Shown here piece after piece: positions 37,498 through 46,709 of a stretch of DNA of 64,000 nucleotides (position 1 is its first letter; each line of letters opens with the position of its first letter). Under the pieces are notes generated by a model. The model saw only the letters and a list, made by a program, of their open reading frames with translations. It ran no database searches and was not told where the DNA came from. The position numbers and the translations under genes were made by a program. The stretch lies in IMG/VR virus record IMGVR_UViG_3300045597_000172; one strand, 5' to 3'. Source of the DNA: a virus (taxonomy: Duplodnaviria; Heunggongvirae; Uroviricota; Caudoviricetes).

Positions 37498-39218
37498 TAT
37501 TTAACCCCCTGATTATCCTTAATTTCTTTTAAAATGACCTTACGTTCTTCATCAATTTGTTTCTTTTCACGCTCAACAGCAATTTTTGACTGCTTAACAA
37601 TCGCGGCATCTAAATCAGGCACTTCTTCTAAACCTTTCACGGATGTATTCCTACGAACCGTATTCTTCCACATAACCATTGCTTGCGAAACTAATGTTTG
37701 CCAAGCTTTGAAAATTGCATCTGAAGAATACCTTTCAGAATAAGCATACGCATTATCACTTAAAGATTGCGCTAAATCAGCATTACTAAAAATCTCAACT
37801 AATCGTTCAGACGCACGATCAACATCATCATAATCAACCACATAGCCATTCTTTTGATCTACTACTAACTCATTAGGCCCGTAATTAACATCGTTAACAA
37901 CTCCGATTTCGCCATGATTTTGAGCTTCCATTAGAGCGATATTGAATCCTTCCATCGTCGAAAATACCATATACACCTGATGCTGATCTCTGGCCGTATC
38001 CAAATCAGGATTATAATCATTAATCGAAACACAATCTTCAACATTGTATTTTTTGATCATGGCATCAATTTTTTTCTTAGCTGCATCATGATTACGACTA
38101 TCTCGATACCCATAAACATCTAATGAAATATCCGGAATTTTAGTTCGTGCTTTGGCCACCGCTTCGATAATTTTATCAATTCGCTTTTCCTCAGCACGCC
38201 GAGCAGTAACTAACACGCTATGCGGCTTACGGGATAATTGTGAAACTTGTTTAACCCGTTCAGTCAAACCTACAGGAATTGTTACCACCCGATTACCTAA
38301 ACCAAACCGATTTCGAACATCAACCGTTTGTTTATGCGTAGCGGCAACATAAAAATCGTAACGGTCGTTATTATATAAATCGAATTCGTAATAATTATTC
38401 AATAACGAGTGCATTTCATCATGTACATCTGCACCATGACTGTTATGCAAATGCGCAATTTTAATAGCCGGCTTAGTTAGTTGCATTAAAGCATCTTCGT
38501 AACCTTCCATACGATCACCAACAAAGTAATTAGGCTCATCAACCGACCAATACTCATTGTTCAAATCATCCAAATACTTAGCAACAACCGTACGATAATT
38601 CTGATAATAATGACGTCGGTTTTCACGATCGACTACTTCCCATACGCCCGCAACTGTCTTATGCTCCACATTTTGTGAGAATGTCTGCGATAAAACTGGA
38701 CGACCCTTTAAATCAAACCAGACAAACATGTAAACTTTATTATCTGGTGTATAATACTGAGATCGAGATAAAAACCCACGAACATCGTACTCATCAACCC
38801 GATACAAATTACCATAAATATCAAATCGTTCGACCATTGATACCCGTTTAATATTATCGGAAAAACCATCAAACCAATGAATTCTTCCCATCAAACTATT
38901 ATTTTGTTTAACTAAATAACAATTATTATGTTGCGGATCAACTTCGAAACGTGTTTCAACGTCCGCTAAAAATATATCATTCGGTGTAACAATCTTACTT
39001 TTCACGGACTGTGTGCCCTGATAATAATCAAACAGGGTTAACGCATCATTTGAAACCAATCCAAATCTGGATAACCAGCGATCCAATTGTGGATTCCACG
39101 CCGTATAAATCAATTTACACGGCACATGGTGGTCTTTAAAAACTTTGACCCGCTGTAACTGAGCGTGTTCAATTCCAGAATTTTGTTTATTCAATGCAGT
39201 ATTGACAAAAAAATACAT
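37497..39218 (-). CDS. GT4 glycosyltransferase (GtfA/TagE-like)
   Basis: NSGIEHAQLQR, DEYDVRGFLSRSQYY, ARRAEEKRID, EGFNIALMEA (EX7E), DVNYGPNEL. Confidence 0.88.
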   Translation of the reverse strand: MYFFVNTALNKQNSGIEHAQLQRVKVFKDHHVPCKLIYTAWNPQLDRWLSRFGLVSNDALTLFDYYQGTQSVKSKIVTPNDIFLADVETRFEVDPQHNNCYLVKQNNSLMGRIHWFDGFSDNIKRVSMVERFDIYGNLYRVDEYDVRGFLSRSQYYTPDNKVYMFVWFDLKGRPVLSQTFSQNVEHKTVAGVWEVVDRENRRHYYQNYRTVVAKYLDDLNNEYWSVDEPNYFVGDRMEGYEDALMQLTKPAIKIAHLHNSHGADVHDEMHSLLNNYYEFDLYNNDRYDFYVAATHKQTVDVRNRFGLGNRVVTIPVGLTERVKQVSQLSRKPHSVLVTARRAEEKRIDKIIEAVAKARTKIPDISLDVYGYRDSRNHDAAKKKIDAMIKKYNVEDCVSINDYNPDLDTARDQHQVYMVFSTMEGFNIALMEAQNHGEIGVVNDVNYGPNELVVDQKNGYVVDYDDVDRASERLVEIFSNADLAQSLSDNAYAYSERYSSDAIFKAWQTLVSQAMVMWKNTVRRNTSVKGLEEVPDLDAAIVKQSKIAVEREKKQIDEERKVILKEIKDNQGVK

Positions 39219-39255
39219 ATGCTAATTCCTCACTTTCAAAAGCCGTTCTTCTACC

Positions 39256-39322
39256 ATACTTTAATTATACCAAACTAAAAGACTAAATCAAGTCTTAAAG
39301 TAGTCTCAATTTAGTCTTTTTA
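39256..39322 (-). promoter_or_regulatory. duplicated promoter/operator, copy upstream of gtf operon
   Basis: 43 bp identical to 43374-43416; TTGATT-16 nt-TATAAT with TGn extension; AAAAGACTAA/TTAGTCTTTT inverted repeat. Confidence 0.8.
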
Positions 39323-39334
39323 TCAATTTATGAA

Positions 39335-40129
39335 TCATTTTTCAGAACTATGCAATTTAACCACCATTTGTCCATCTCGATTATCATTAATCCCTAATCT
39401 CGACTTACGTAACTCAACTTCCTTATCATGGCGCACTTGATCTTCTTTTGACGTTGGCTTAACGGGATCTTTTTTAGCTGTATGCGCGTCATCTGCATGA
39501 TATAAGACCTTTGACTCATTACCCGTTTGAAGCCTCGAATACCGATCTAACACTCGCACGATCGGCTTAAAATCATTAGCCGTCAACTTACGCGCAACTT
39601 TAAGAATTAACCAAACGGGTTCAATTTCAGCACGATAAAATTTCAAATCTAATGCAAACCCGTGAGATAATAAAAATCTCAATTGTTGCTGAAAGCCTAA
39701 TCGCACATCCGCATACTGATCAATCGTCGGTCCGACCTGTGCAGTCTGTTGTAATTGCTTCAATAACGGAACCGTATTGACTAAGTACGCATGTATTTGG
39801 TTTTGAACAATCATATTAAACGCATCTTTATGAGTCTGATGATACGATTCAATTAACATTGACAAATTAACATCTTTTGGAAGTAACTCTTTTGGCAACT
39901 CACCGGTGACTTGATAATATTGGTAGGATAATTCTAACAAATGACTATATGCTATCTCATATTTACCAGTACCGGGTTTTAACGTATCCAAAAACTCTTT
40001 TTGCGTAGCTACCTGATGCAACTTAACAATATCCTCATTATGTTTTTTCTTACTATATTCAGCTAATCCGTCCATTTTATTATAAACACGGAGTAACTGT
40101 TTCTTCGCTTCTTTTTTCAAATAACCCAC
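39335..40129 (-). CDS. hypothetical protein
   Basis: GAGGT RBS, 264 aa. Confidence 0.75.
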   Translation of the reverse strand: MGYLKKEAKKQLLRVYNKMDGLAEYSKKKHNEDIVKLHQVATQKEFLDTLKPGTGKYEIAYSHLLELSYQYYQVTGELPKELLPKDVNLSMLIESYHQTHKDAFNMIVQNQIHAYLVNTVPLLKQLQQTAQVGPTIDQYADVRLGFQQQLRFLLSHGFALDLKFYRAEIEPVWLILKVARKLTANDFKPIVRVLDRYSRLQTGNESKVLYHADDAHTAKKDPVKPTSKEDQVRHDKEVELRKSRLGINDNRDGQMVVKLHSSEK

Positions 40130-40131
40130 CT

Positions 40132-42291
40132 CTAATTATTACCGCTATTAACAGTTTGATACAATTTTTCTAACGATCCCGTTTCACTCGAAAATCCGCT
40201 TGTATGCAATAATTGTGTTGGCGAAATATTCAAGTAAAATGGTACATACGTATTTTCACGATTGACTGCTTGCGTAAAGTTATTAGACAAATTAACACCA
40301 TTTTCATAAGATTTTGTCTTATCATCAACTCCGCTTGGCGCAGTCCAATCAGAATTATCAGTATTCGGTAAAGAACTCGCTTTTGTCATAACCGCTTTAT
40401 ATAACTGCTGTGCAATTGCATCTTTTTGATCAGTCAGATAGTTCGTTTTATCATACGGATTATCATAACCAACCCACACCGCAACCGTATACGTCTTCGT
40501 ATAACCGACCATCCAACCATCAGTTAACGCATTTTTGATATCTTCACGTCCAACAGTACCCGTTTTACCCGCTTCGCTAATATTATTGACTTTGGCACTA
40601 ACACCAGTACCGCCAGACTCAAAGACACCTTTCAAAATATCAGTAATTAAGTAAGCAGTCTGATTAGAAAAAACTCGTTCATGGACAGCCTTTGTTTTTA
40701 AAACTTGATGATTACGTTTATTAGTAATTGAATCAACAAACCGTGCATTTGTACGAACACCGCCATTTGCCAAACTCGAATACGCTGATGCTAAAGCTAA
40801 TGGACTTGTATCTAACCCAATCGCATTTGCATAATACAAATTACTACTTGGTAAACCTAACGATGTTAATGCTTTTTGTCCGTTGTCTAAACCTACTGCG
40901 GCTAATGACTTAACCGCTGGAATATTTCTCGACTGTACTAACGCTTGCCTGATCGTAATATTCCCTTGATACTGATGATCCCAATCATTGACCGAAGTTT
41001 TTGTATTCGGATAATTATACGCAGAATCATCAACTTTTGTATTTGCAGTCCATTTAAACAAGTCAAAACCGGTAGCATAATCTAACAATGGCTTAATACT
41101 TGAACCAGAAGAACGCTTAACATTAAATGCTCGATTATATCCACCTAATACGGTTTGATTACGTCCGCCAGAAATTGCAGAAACCTTGCCATCTTTGTTG
41201 TTAATCACCACAATGGATTCTTGAAATTTATCATCCGGATATGCTTGTGTTTTAACAATCTGATTAATTTCATCTTGCAACGTTTGATTCATAGTTGTCT
41301 TAACCGTAATTGTTGAATTCGTAAGTTGATCATCATATCGAGAAAGTTGTGCATTAACCGCCGAAACGAAACCATTATATTGCAACTTTTGTTGTCGTTT
41401 ATTTAACGTTTCCTGAACATTTGTTTTAGCTAAAACCAAATTAGTATTAACCGATTCCTTAGACAATTTCTGATATTCAGCTTTTTTCAAATAACCAGCT
41501 TCATGCATCGATCTCAAAACCACATTTCTTCGATACACCATCGCTTTTTTATTCGTATATGGATTATAAACAGCTGGAGAATTAACAATTCCGACCAACG
41601 TTGCTGATTCCAACGTATTTAATTGGTCAGGCTTTTTATTATAATAATACTTAGCCGCTGCAATTAAACCCTGCTGTCCGTTTCCATAATTAGTTTTATT
41701 CAGATACCACGTTAAAATCTGATATTTAGAATATTTCTTAGCTAATTCTTCAGCTAAAACAATTTCTTGCGTCTTACGTCTAATTGTCTGATCTTTTTTA
41801 CTTGTCGAATAAAACGCTAACTTGATTAACTGTTGCGTAATTGTCGACCCACCAGAAACACCTTTGTGTAAGAACGTATCAACCCCAGCTTTTGCCGTAT
41901 GCAACCAATTAACGCCCGATTCTTTAAAATAATCACGATCTTCAGTTGCAACTAATGCATTAACAATCTTTGGTAAATGAGAAACATCCTGCTTAGATAA
42001 CGCACGGTATGTTGAATTATTAGACTGATAAAAAACCTTACCGTCTGAATTTTGATACCGTACATTAACTTGTTTTTCAAACAAACGGGTCTTATCAGCA
42101 GAAACAAATACTGAACTTAATTTAGGACGAGTTACATAATAATAACCAAAAACACTTCCGCCAAAAATTAAAACGGAAAAAATACCTAAACAGATTCCTC
42201 TTCGCCACCAGCGGTGCCGATAACGTCGTGCTTTTCTTCTGAGTTTTCGTTGGAGCTTACTGCCTCTTGCTCTTTTAGTGAATAATCCCAT
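40132..42291 (-). CDS. class A bifunctional penicillin-binding protein (PBP1A-like)
   Basis: TM anchor; transglycosylase ATEDRDYF, GGSTITQQL, RKTQE; transpeptidase SSIK, SRN, KTG. Confidence 0.92.
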   Translation of the reverse strand: MGLFTKRARGSKLQRKLRRKARRYRHRWWRRGICLGIFSVLIFGGSVFGYYYVTRPKLSSVFVSADKTRLFEKQVNVRYQNSDGKVFYQSNNSTYRALSKQDVSHLPKIVNALVATEDRDYFKESGVNWLHTAKAGVDTFLHKGVSGGSTITQQLIKLAFYSTSKKDQTIRRKTQEIVLAEELAKKYSKYQILTWYLNKTNYGNGQQGLIAAAKYYYNKKPDQLNTLESATLVGIVNSPAVYNPYTNKKAMVYRRNVVLRSMHEAGYLKKAEYQKLSKESVNTNLVLAKTNVQETLNKRQQKLQYNGFVSAVNAQLSRYDDQLTNSTITVKTTMNQTLQDEINQIVKTQAYPDDKFQESIVVINNKDGKVSAISGGRNQTVLGGYNRAFNVKRSSGSSIKPLLDYATGFDLFKWTANTKVDDSAYNYPNTKTSVNDWDHQYQGNITIRQALVQSRNIPAVKSLAAVGLDNGQKALTSLGLPSSNLYYANAIGLDTSPLALASAYSSLANGGVRTNARFVDSITNKRNHQVLKTKAVHERVFSNQTAYLITDILKGVFESGGTGVSAKVNNISEAGKTGTVGREDIKNALTDGWMVGYTKTYTVAVWVGYDNPYDKTNYLTDQKDAIAQQLYKAVMTKASSLPNTDNSDWTAPSGVDDKTKSYENGVNLSNNFTQAVNRENTYVPFYLNISPTQLLHTSGFSSETGSLEKLYQTVNSGNN

Positions 42292-42749
42292 TTACCCTCA
42301 ACCATCCTTGCTAATCCAACTAATCCTAAAATCGGATCCGTACTTTCATCACTAAACAATTTCATTAACCATTTAATAACAACTAAGGAAAGATCATCCG
42401 TCGAGATACCTTCCGCATCAGAAGCAACGACGGTTCCATCTTTTTTAATAACCGCCAAGACATCATCTGTATTCTTTGAATTGTCAATTAACGGTACATT
42501 CTTCATAAAATCAGTTGGATCACCTTGCATAAATAATGTTCCTAATGCAAATAAAAACTGACTAAAATCCAACTGTGGAGCTTTAAAATTCTCAGGTACA
42601 AACGAAATAGCTCTATCAGATTTTCTAATTGAAAAAAATGGCTCGTCAAAGCCTCTTACAATTACAAATAATTCATTATCTTTATCAACTACGGCTAACG
42701 ATTTACTAGCCTTAACTGCTTCTATAAACGATTCATATTTTGCTGTCAT
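42186..42749 (-). CDS. hypothetical protein
   Basis: AAGGA RBS; 3' end overlaps PBP start. Confidence 0.65.
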   Translation of the reverse strand: MTAKYESFIEAVKASKSLAVVDKDNELFVIVRGFDEPFFSIRKSDRAISFVPENFKAPQLDFSQFLFALGTLFMQGDPTDFMKNVPLIDNSKNTDDVLAVIKKDGTVVASDAEGISTDDLSLVVIKWLMKLFSDESTDPILGLVGLARMVEGKWDYSLKEQEAVSSNENSEEKHDVIGTAGGEEESV

Positions 42750-42766
42750 AAATTACATCCTTTACT

Positions 42767-43165
42767 TTAATCATTCAACGAAATCCGCCATTGCGTAATT
42801 TCATCAGTTATCGTTACGTCTAATGCTTGCGTATCCATTACCTGTTTCAATTCAGTCATACCTTTACCTAACACCATCTTATCCGGATCATTCAAACCAA
42901 TCAGACGTCGATAAATCTTATCCATACCACTGTCATTTTCAAAGCAGGACAAATATCGTAGTAAATGCTTTGGTAACACTAAATCTTGTTTTAACGAAAA
43001 CTGTTGAATAGCTTTAACCAAGATGTGCTGAAAATACCATTTTTTAACATCTTCAGAACTCAATTCAAGTTGCGCATCATACAACTCATCAGCATCACGT
43101 ACTTGCTGCACTAACTTCGGCAACATATCAAACACACGTTCTTGACTACTAACCATACTTATCAA
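42767..43165 (-). CDS. hypothetical protein downstream of Phd-like gene
   Basis: Overlaps upstream stop; no recognisable toxin motif. Confidence 0.65.
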   Translation of the reverse strand: MISMVSSQERVFDMLPKLVQQVRDADELYDAQLELSSEDVKKWYFQHILVKAIQQFSLKQDLVLPKHLLRYLSCFENDSGMDKIYRRLIGLNDPDKMVLGKGMTELKQVMDTQALDVTITDEITQWRISLND

Positions 43166-43344
43166 TCCTTTCCATGCTGTTCCTTAACTAATCGTTCATA
43201 TTCATCAATTGAAACAACAACTCCTACCGGTTCATCCCGTTTCATAACATAAACCGCACTTTTAGTTGCCTCTGTAAAAATATTCATCGGTTGCGCCTTT
43301 AACTTAGAAATCGACGCAAAAGAATGTCCTAATGCACTCATCAT
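43162..43344 (-). CDS. Phd/YefM-type antitoxin-like DNA-binding protein
   Basis: SISKLKAQPMNIF...AVYVMKRDEPVGVVVSIDEYERL; start after GAAAGGA at 43344. Confidence 0.75.
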   Translation of the reverse strand: MMSALGHSFASISKLKAQPMNIFTEATKSAVYVMKRDEPVGVVVSIDEYERLVKEQHGKD

Positions 43345-43373
43345 ATCAATCCTTTCAAAATTCATAACTTAAT

Positions 43374-43440
43374 ATACTTTAATTATACCAAACTAAAAGA
43401 CTAAATCAAGTCTTAATATAGACTAAACTTAGTCTTTTTA
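43374..43440 (-). promoter_or_regulatory. duplicated promoter/operator, copy upstream of Phd-like gene
   Basis: Same 67-bp layout as 39256-39322. Confidence 0.8.
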
Positions 43441-43450
43441 TAAACAAAAT

Positions 43451-43472
43451 AAAAAAGCCGGAAGTCCGACTT
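43451..43472 (-). terminator. probable terminator
   Basis: AAGTCGGA-CT-TCCGGCTT + T run on minus strand. Confidence 0.6.
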
Positions 43473-43477
43473 AATCA

Positions 43478-44140
43478 TTATTCTACGCTATTTGCTTTAA
43501 CTGTCACACCATTTGGTAACATATCATTATCAATTCGCATCTGCGAATAATTACCAGCCGTACCTTTAACATTGAAAATCTGCGTCAATGTAGTCAATGA
43601 AGATTCCTGATATAAATCCGACATTGCATGATACGGTATATACGTTACGACCACTTGATAAGTATCAGATCCAGTTACAATAACTTGTGTCCGGACATTT
43701 TTCAACTTCAAATTTGTTGCGACCACGGTTGAACTACCACTGTTATCAACCGGAGCAGTCATAAACGTATCATAGAATTGGCTATCGTGAACAGATCGTT
43801 TAGCTAATCGATAATTAGTTGCATAAGCTGTCGTATTATCAAACGTGGTAATCTGTGTGAAAAATGACGATAACCACTCCACCGATTTAGCTTGTGTAGC
43901 CGTTAAATTAACATCGCCCGCCTTGGGCAAATAAATAACTCGTCGATTTTTCGCAACTAACTTATCTAACTTAGATTGCCAATGATCAACCTGTGCAGAA
44001 ACCTTAACATTATCACGTTCTAAACCCTGCCGTTGATACTGCGTATATCCAATCACAGCAATCATTATCAAACAAACAACCCCAAACAACACATTCCACT
44101 TTGTCAATATCCAATGTTCGCGTGAATCATCTTTAGTCAT
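43478..44140 (-). CDS. bitopic membrane protein, VirB8-like T4SS component (putative)
   Basis: Single N-terminal TM, short coiled coil, then alpha/beta domain; in operon with VirB1-like gene. Confidence 0.5.
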   Translation of the reverse strand: MTKDDSREHWILTKWNVLFGVVCLIMIAVIGYTQYQRQGLERDNVKVSAQVDHWQSKLDKLVAKNRRVIYLPKAGDVNLTATQAKSVEWLSSFFTQITTFDNTTAYATNYRLAKRSVHDSQFYDTFMTAPVDNSGSSTVVATNLKLKNVRTQVIVTGSDTYQVVVTYIPYHAMSDLYQESSLTTLTQIFNVKGTAGNYSQMRIDNDMLPNGVTVKANSVE

Positions 44141-44144
44141 CTGT

Positions 44145-44705
44145 CTAACCTCCTAACGTTTGCTGTAACTGACTACGTCCTGCCTTACTGAAGTAGTATG
44201 AAAAACCAGATAAAACACCAGAATCAGGATTGTAATAAAATGTATATAATTTCATCAATTTATTATCATTGTTGAAAAATTTATAAGACATTACAATCTT
44301 ACCATCACTGTTTTGGCCACCATACGATACCTCACCGTGCCAGTCCTTAATTTGATACGCCACCAATGGTCCAGTAACCAACGAACCATCCGACACCATG
44401 TGCTTCATTTTAGCAAGATTCGTTTTACCATCTTTTGAAGAATTAGAACCCGAATCATGCAGAGCATTGGCATATTTTAAATACTTATTTGCAGCATTAA
44501 CTGCCTTTTGATAATTAGTCGTAATTGTTTTCGTAGTTGGCTTTTTAGTCAATTCATTACGATATTGCGACTTAATACTTTTAAGTTCAGCAATATTAGT
44601 TTGACGATCAACCTGCACACTATGATATGACTCCAACGACCAACCAATTCCAGCAAGTAATGCAATTGCAATCCCGCTCTTTAACAACTGACTACCCAGA
44701 CTCAT
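44145..44705 (-). CDS. bitopic membrane protein, VirB8-like (putative)
   Basis: N-terminal TM, extracellular domain; GAGGTG RBS. Confidence 0.45.
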   Translation of the reverse strand: MSLGSQLLKSGIAIALLAGIGWSLESYHSVQVDRQTNIAELKSIKSQYRNELTKKPTTKTITTNYQKAVNAANKYLKYANALHDSGSNSSKDGKTNLAKMKHMVSDGSLVTGPLVAYQIKDWHGEVSYGGQNSDGKIVMSYKFFNNDNKLMKLYTFYYNPDSGVLSGFSYYFSKAGRSQLQQTLGG

Positions 44706-44716
44706 AAATCCGCACC

Positions 44717-46588
44717 TCACTTTTTAATTGGATTTGCAAAATGATAATGATTCCAATAAATACCGAATGAATCACCGATCGTCGATTCATTGACACCACC
44801 ATCACCGCCGGCTCCACCTTCATTAATCATTTTAGTACCAGTTCCATGATAATCTTCAAGTAAAATTGCCGCATGATCATCACCCGAACCATCTGTAAAA
44901 ATAACTGTTCCAGCTTTGGCTTGTGATTGGTCAACTTCTTTTAAGTATTTACCTTGTTTCATGTAATCATTCATCGAACCGGTAAACCACATTTGATCCG
45001 GAACAGAATAACCGGCTAACTTCAATACCAACCAGACATAGCCAGAACAATCCGTTTGTCCATCTCGTTTAACCTGACTAATCGATGAAATACTCGTATA
45101 CGAACCAGAATTAGAAACATCCGTTCGGTTCGGTTGTGAATAAGTAAAATACCCTAATAAACTTTCAGCCGTCGAAACTATCGAACTCGTATCACCAGTA
45201 TTAGACGAACCACTACATAGAGCCGCATTAACGCCCTCTGCTAACGCCGAATTAGATGTTGCAGTTGATTCACTGCCACCGCCTAAAAGTGACGCTAACG
45301 CGCTGTCATTAGCATGTACACCACTAAGATTAAATGTTGCATACGCTTGTTGAGCATAAGCCTCACGCTTAGGAGCTGATCCATCAGGATCAGACGTATA
45401 TGCTTGCCCAGCTTCAAATGCTGATAAATAAAATCTTAGAGCCGCATCCGCAGGCGAAGACGAACCACTTAAAATTGTTGGTGAAATTGTCTTATACGCA
45501 GAAGCCCACATATCACTTTCGCCCAATTCCTTTGCCATCATCAATAATTGCAACTCCAAACTGCTTGAATCCATGTTTTTTGATTTTGCAAATGACTCTA
45601 ATTCAGTTCGACGGCCACCCGTCCATTGCATCAATCCTTTACCACCATCACCAGAGCCATTAAGAACACTAGTCTGAAATCCTGATTCTTGCGCCATGTT
45701 ACCCATTATTCCGGCAATTGCATTCCCAGAAAAACCTAGACTTTGTAACTTTGCCGCAACAGCTTTCGCGTTTGTATATTGCGTACTACCCGACTGTGTC
45801 CAAGCCGCACCATCAGCACCGCCTGACGTTGCACCGCTATAACTTTGAGATCCATTGTTACGTGTCGTACAGACAGAACCAGAATCCAGTGGCTTATTAC
45901 TATTGTAAACATACATTCCGCCTAACAACCCGGCACCTAATGTTGACGTCAAGGCCACATGCAAAATTATACGAGCAGTCTTTTTCTTAATCGTGATGTT
46001 AGACTTTTTACCTAACTTAATAATGCCAGAAGTCGCTTTATTGGTAAGATTTTCATAACCGCCCTTTAACTTACCACCCGCAGCCTTAGCAGCTTTCGGT
46101 GCATTGTTGCTTAACGATTTCAATCCAGATGTAATCCCGGATGACTTCTTATCACCATCTTGATGATCGCCACCGCCATTTAAACCAGATTGTCCACTCG
46201 CGTTTTTTGCACTGTCAGGTAAACCCGATTGCATTGCACCCGTACTGGCATCAGAAGCTGCCGGATTACCCGTTTCACCAACACCCGCATTCTTATTATT
46301 ATCAGTTAAAGGTGATGCCAAACTTTTAGCGCCGGATTGTGCAGCAGATCCCGCTGGACTGTTAGATAAAGAATTACCGATCCGATCTAAATTTGGATCT
46401 TTACCAGTACGCAATCCGTTACCTGAACCTTGATTACTTCCATGATTACCGTTACTAGGTAATTTAGATTTTGCATCAGACAGATTCTTATCACGTCCAC
46501 TATCGGCTTTACCAAGTTTGCCAGCCGCATTTTTCAAATCTTTCGAATTATCATTGGCCACCACCGTCACTCCCTTCAATTTAATCAA
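44717..46588 (-). CDS. VirB1-like conjugative cell-wall hydrolase: TM + phage-tail-lysozyme + NlpC/P60 (CHAP-like)
   Basis: AIAGIMGNMAQESG...GLMQWTGGR lysozyme; TDCSGYV ... HAAI peptidase; true start probably GTG near 46564. Confidence 0.85.
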   Translation of the reverse strand: MIKLKGVTVVANDNSKDLKNAAGKLGKADSGRDKNLSDAKSKLPSNGNHGSNQGSGNGLRTGKDPNLDRIGNSLSNSPAGSAAQSGAKSLASPLTDNNKNAGVGETGNPAASDASTGAMQSGLPDSAKNASGQSGLNGGGDHQDGDKKSSGITSGLKSLSNNAPKAAKAAGGKLKGGYENLTNKATSGIIKLGKKSNITIKKKTARIILHVALTSTLGAGLLGGMYVYNSNKPLDSGSVCTTRNNGSQSYSGATSGGADGAAWTQSGSTQYTNAKAVAAKLQSLGFSGNAIAGIMGNMAQESGFQTSVLNGSGDGGKGLMQWTGGRRTELESFAKSKNMDSSSLELQLLMMAKELGESDMWASAYKTISPTILSGSSSPADAALRFYLSAFEAGQAYTSDPDGSAPKREAYAQQAYATFNLSGVHANDSALASLLGGGSESTATSNSALAEGVNAALCSGSSNTGDTSSIVSTAESLLGYFTYSQPNRTDVSNSGSYTSISSISQVKRDGQTDCSGYVWLVLKLAGYSVPDQMWFTGSMNDYMKQGKYLKEVDQSQAKAGTVIFTDGSGDDHAAILLEDYHGTGTKMINEGGAGGDGGVNESTIGDSFGIYWNHYHFANPIKK

Positions 46589-46664
46589 AAGTCACCAAAC
46601 TAGACACTTTATACCTATTTTACCAGACAAACAAAAAAAATAACATAGCACAATCTCAAAACAC

Positions 46665-46693
46665 AAAAAAAACAAGGAACAAATCGTTCCTTG
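46665..46693 (-). terminator. terminator downstream of giant RNAP gene
   Basis: CAAGGAAC-GATTT-GTTCCTTG + T run on minus strand. Confidence 0.8.
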
Positions 46694-46709
46694 CTCAAAC
46701 TAACTATTA

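Noticed and set aside
42767-43344. Complete type II toxin-antitoxin system
   Set aside because: Partner ORF shows no RelE, Doc/Fic, PIN or MazF motif; only the antitoxin-like gene is supported
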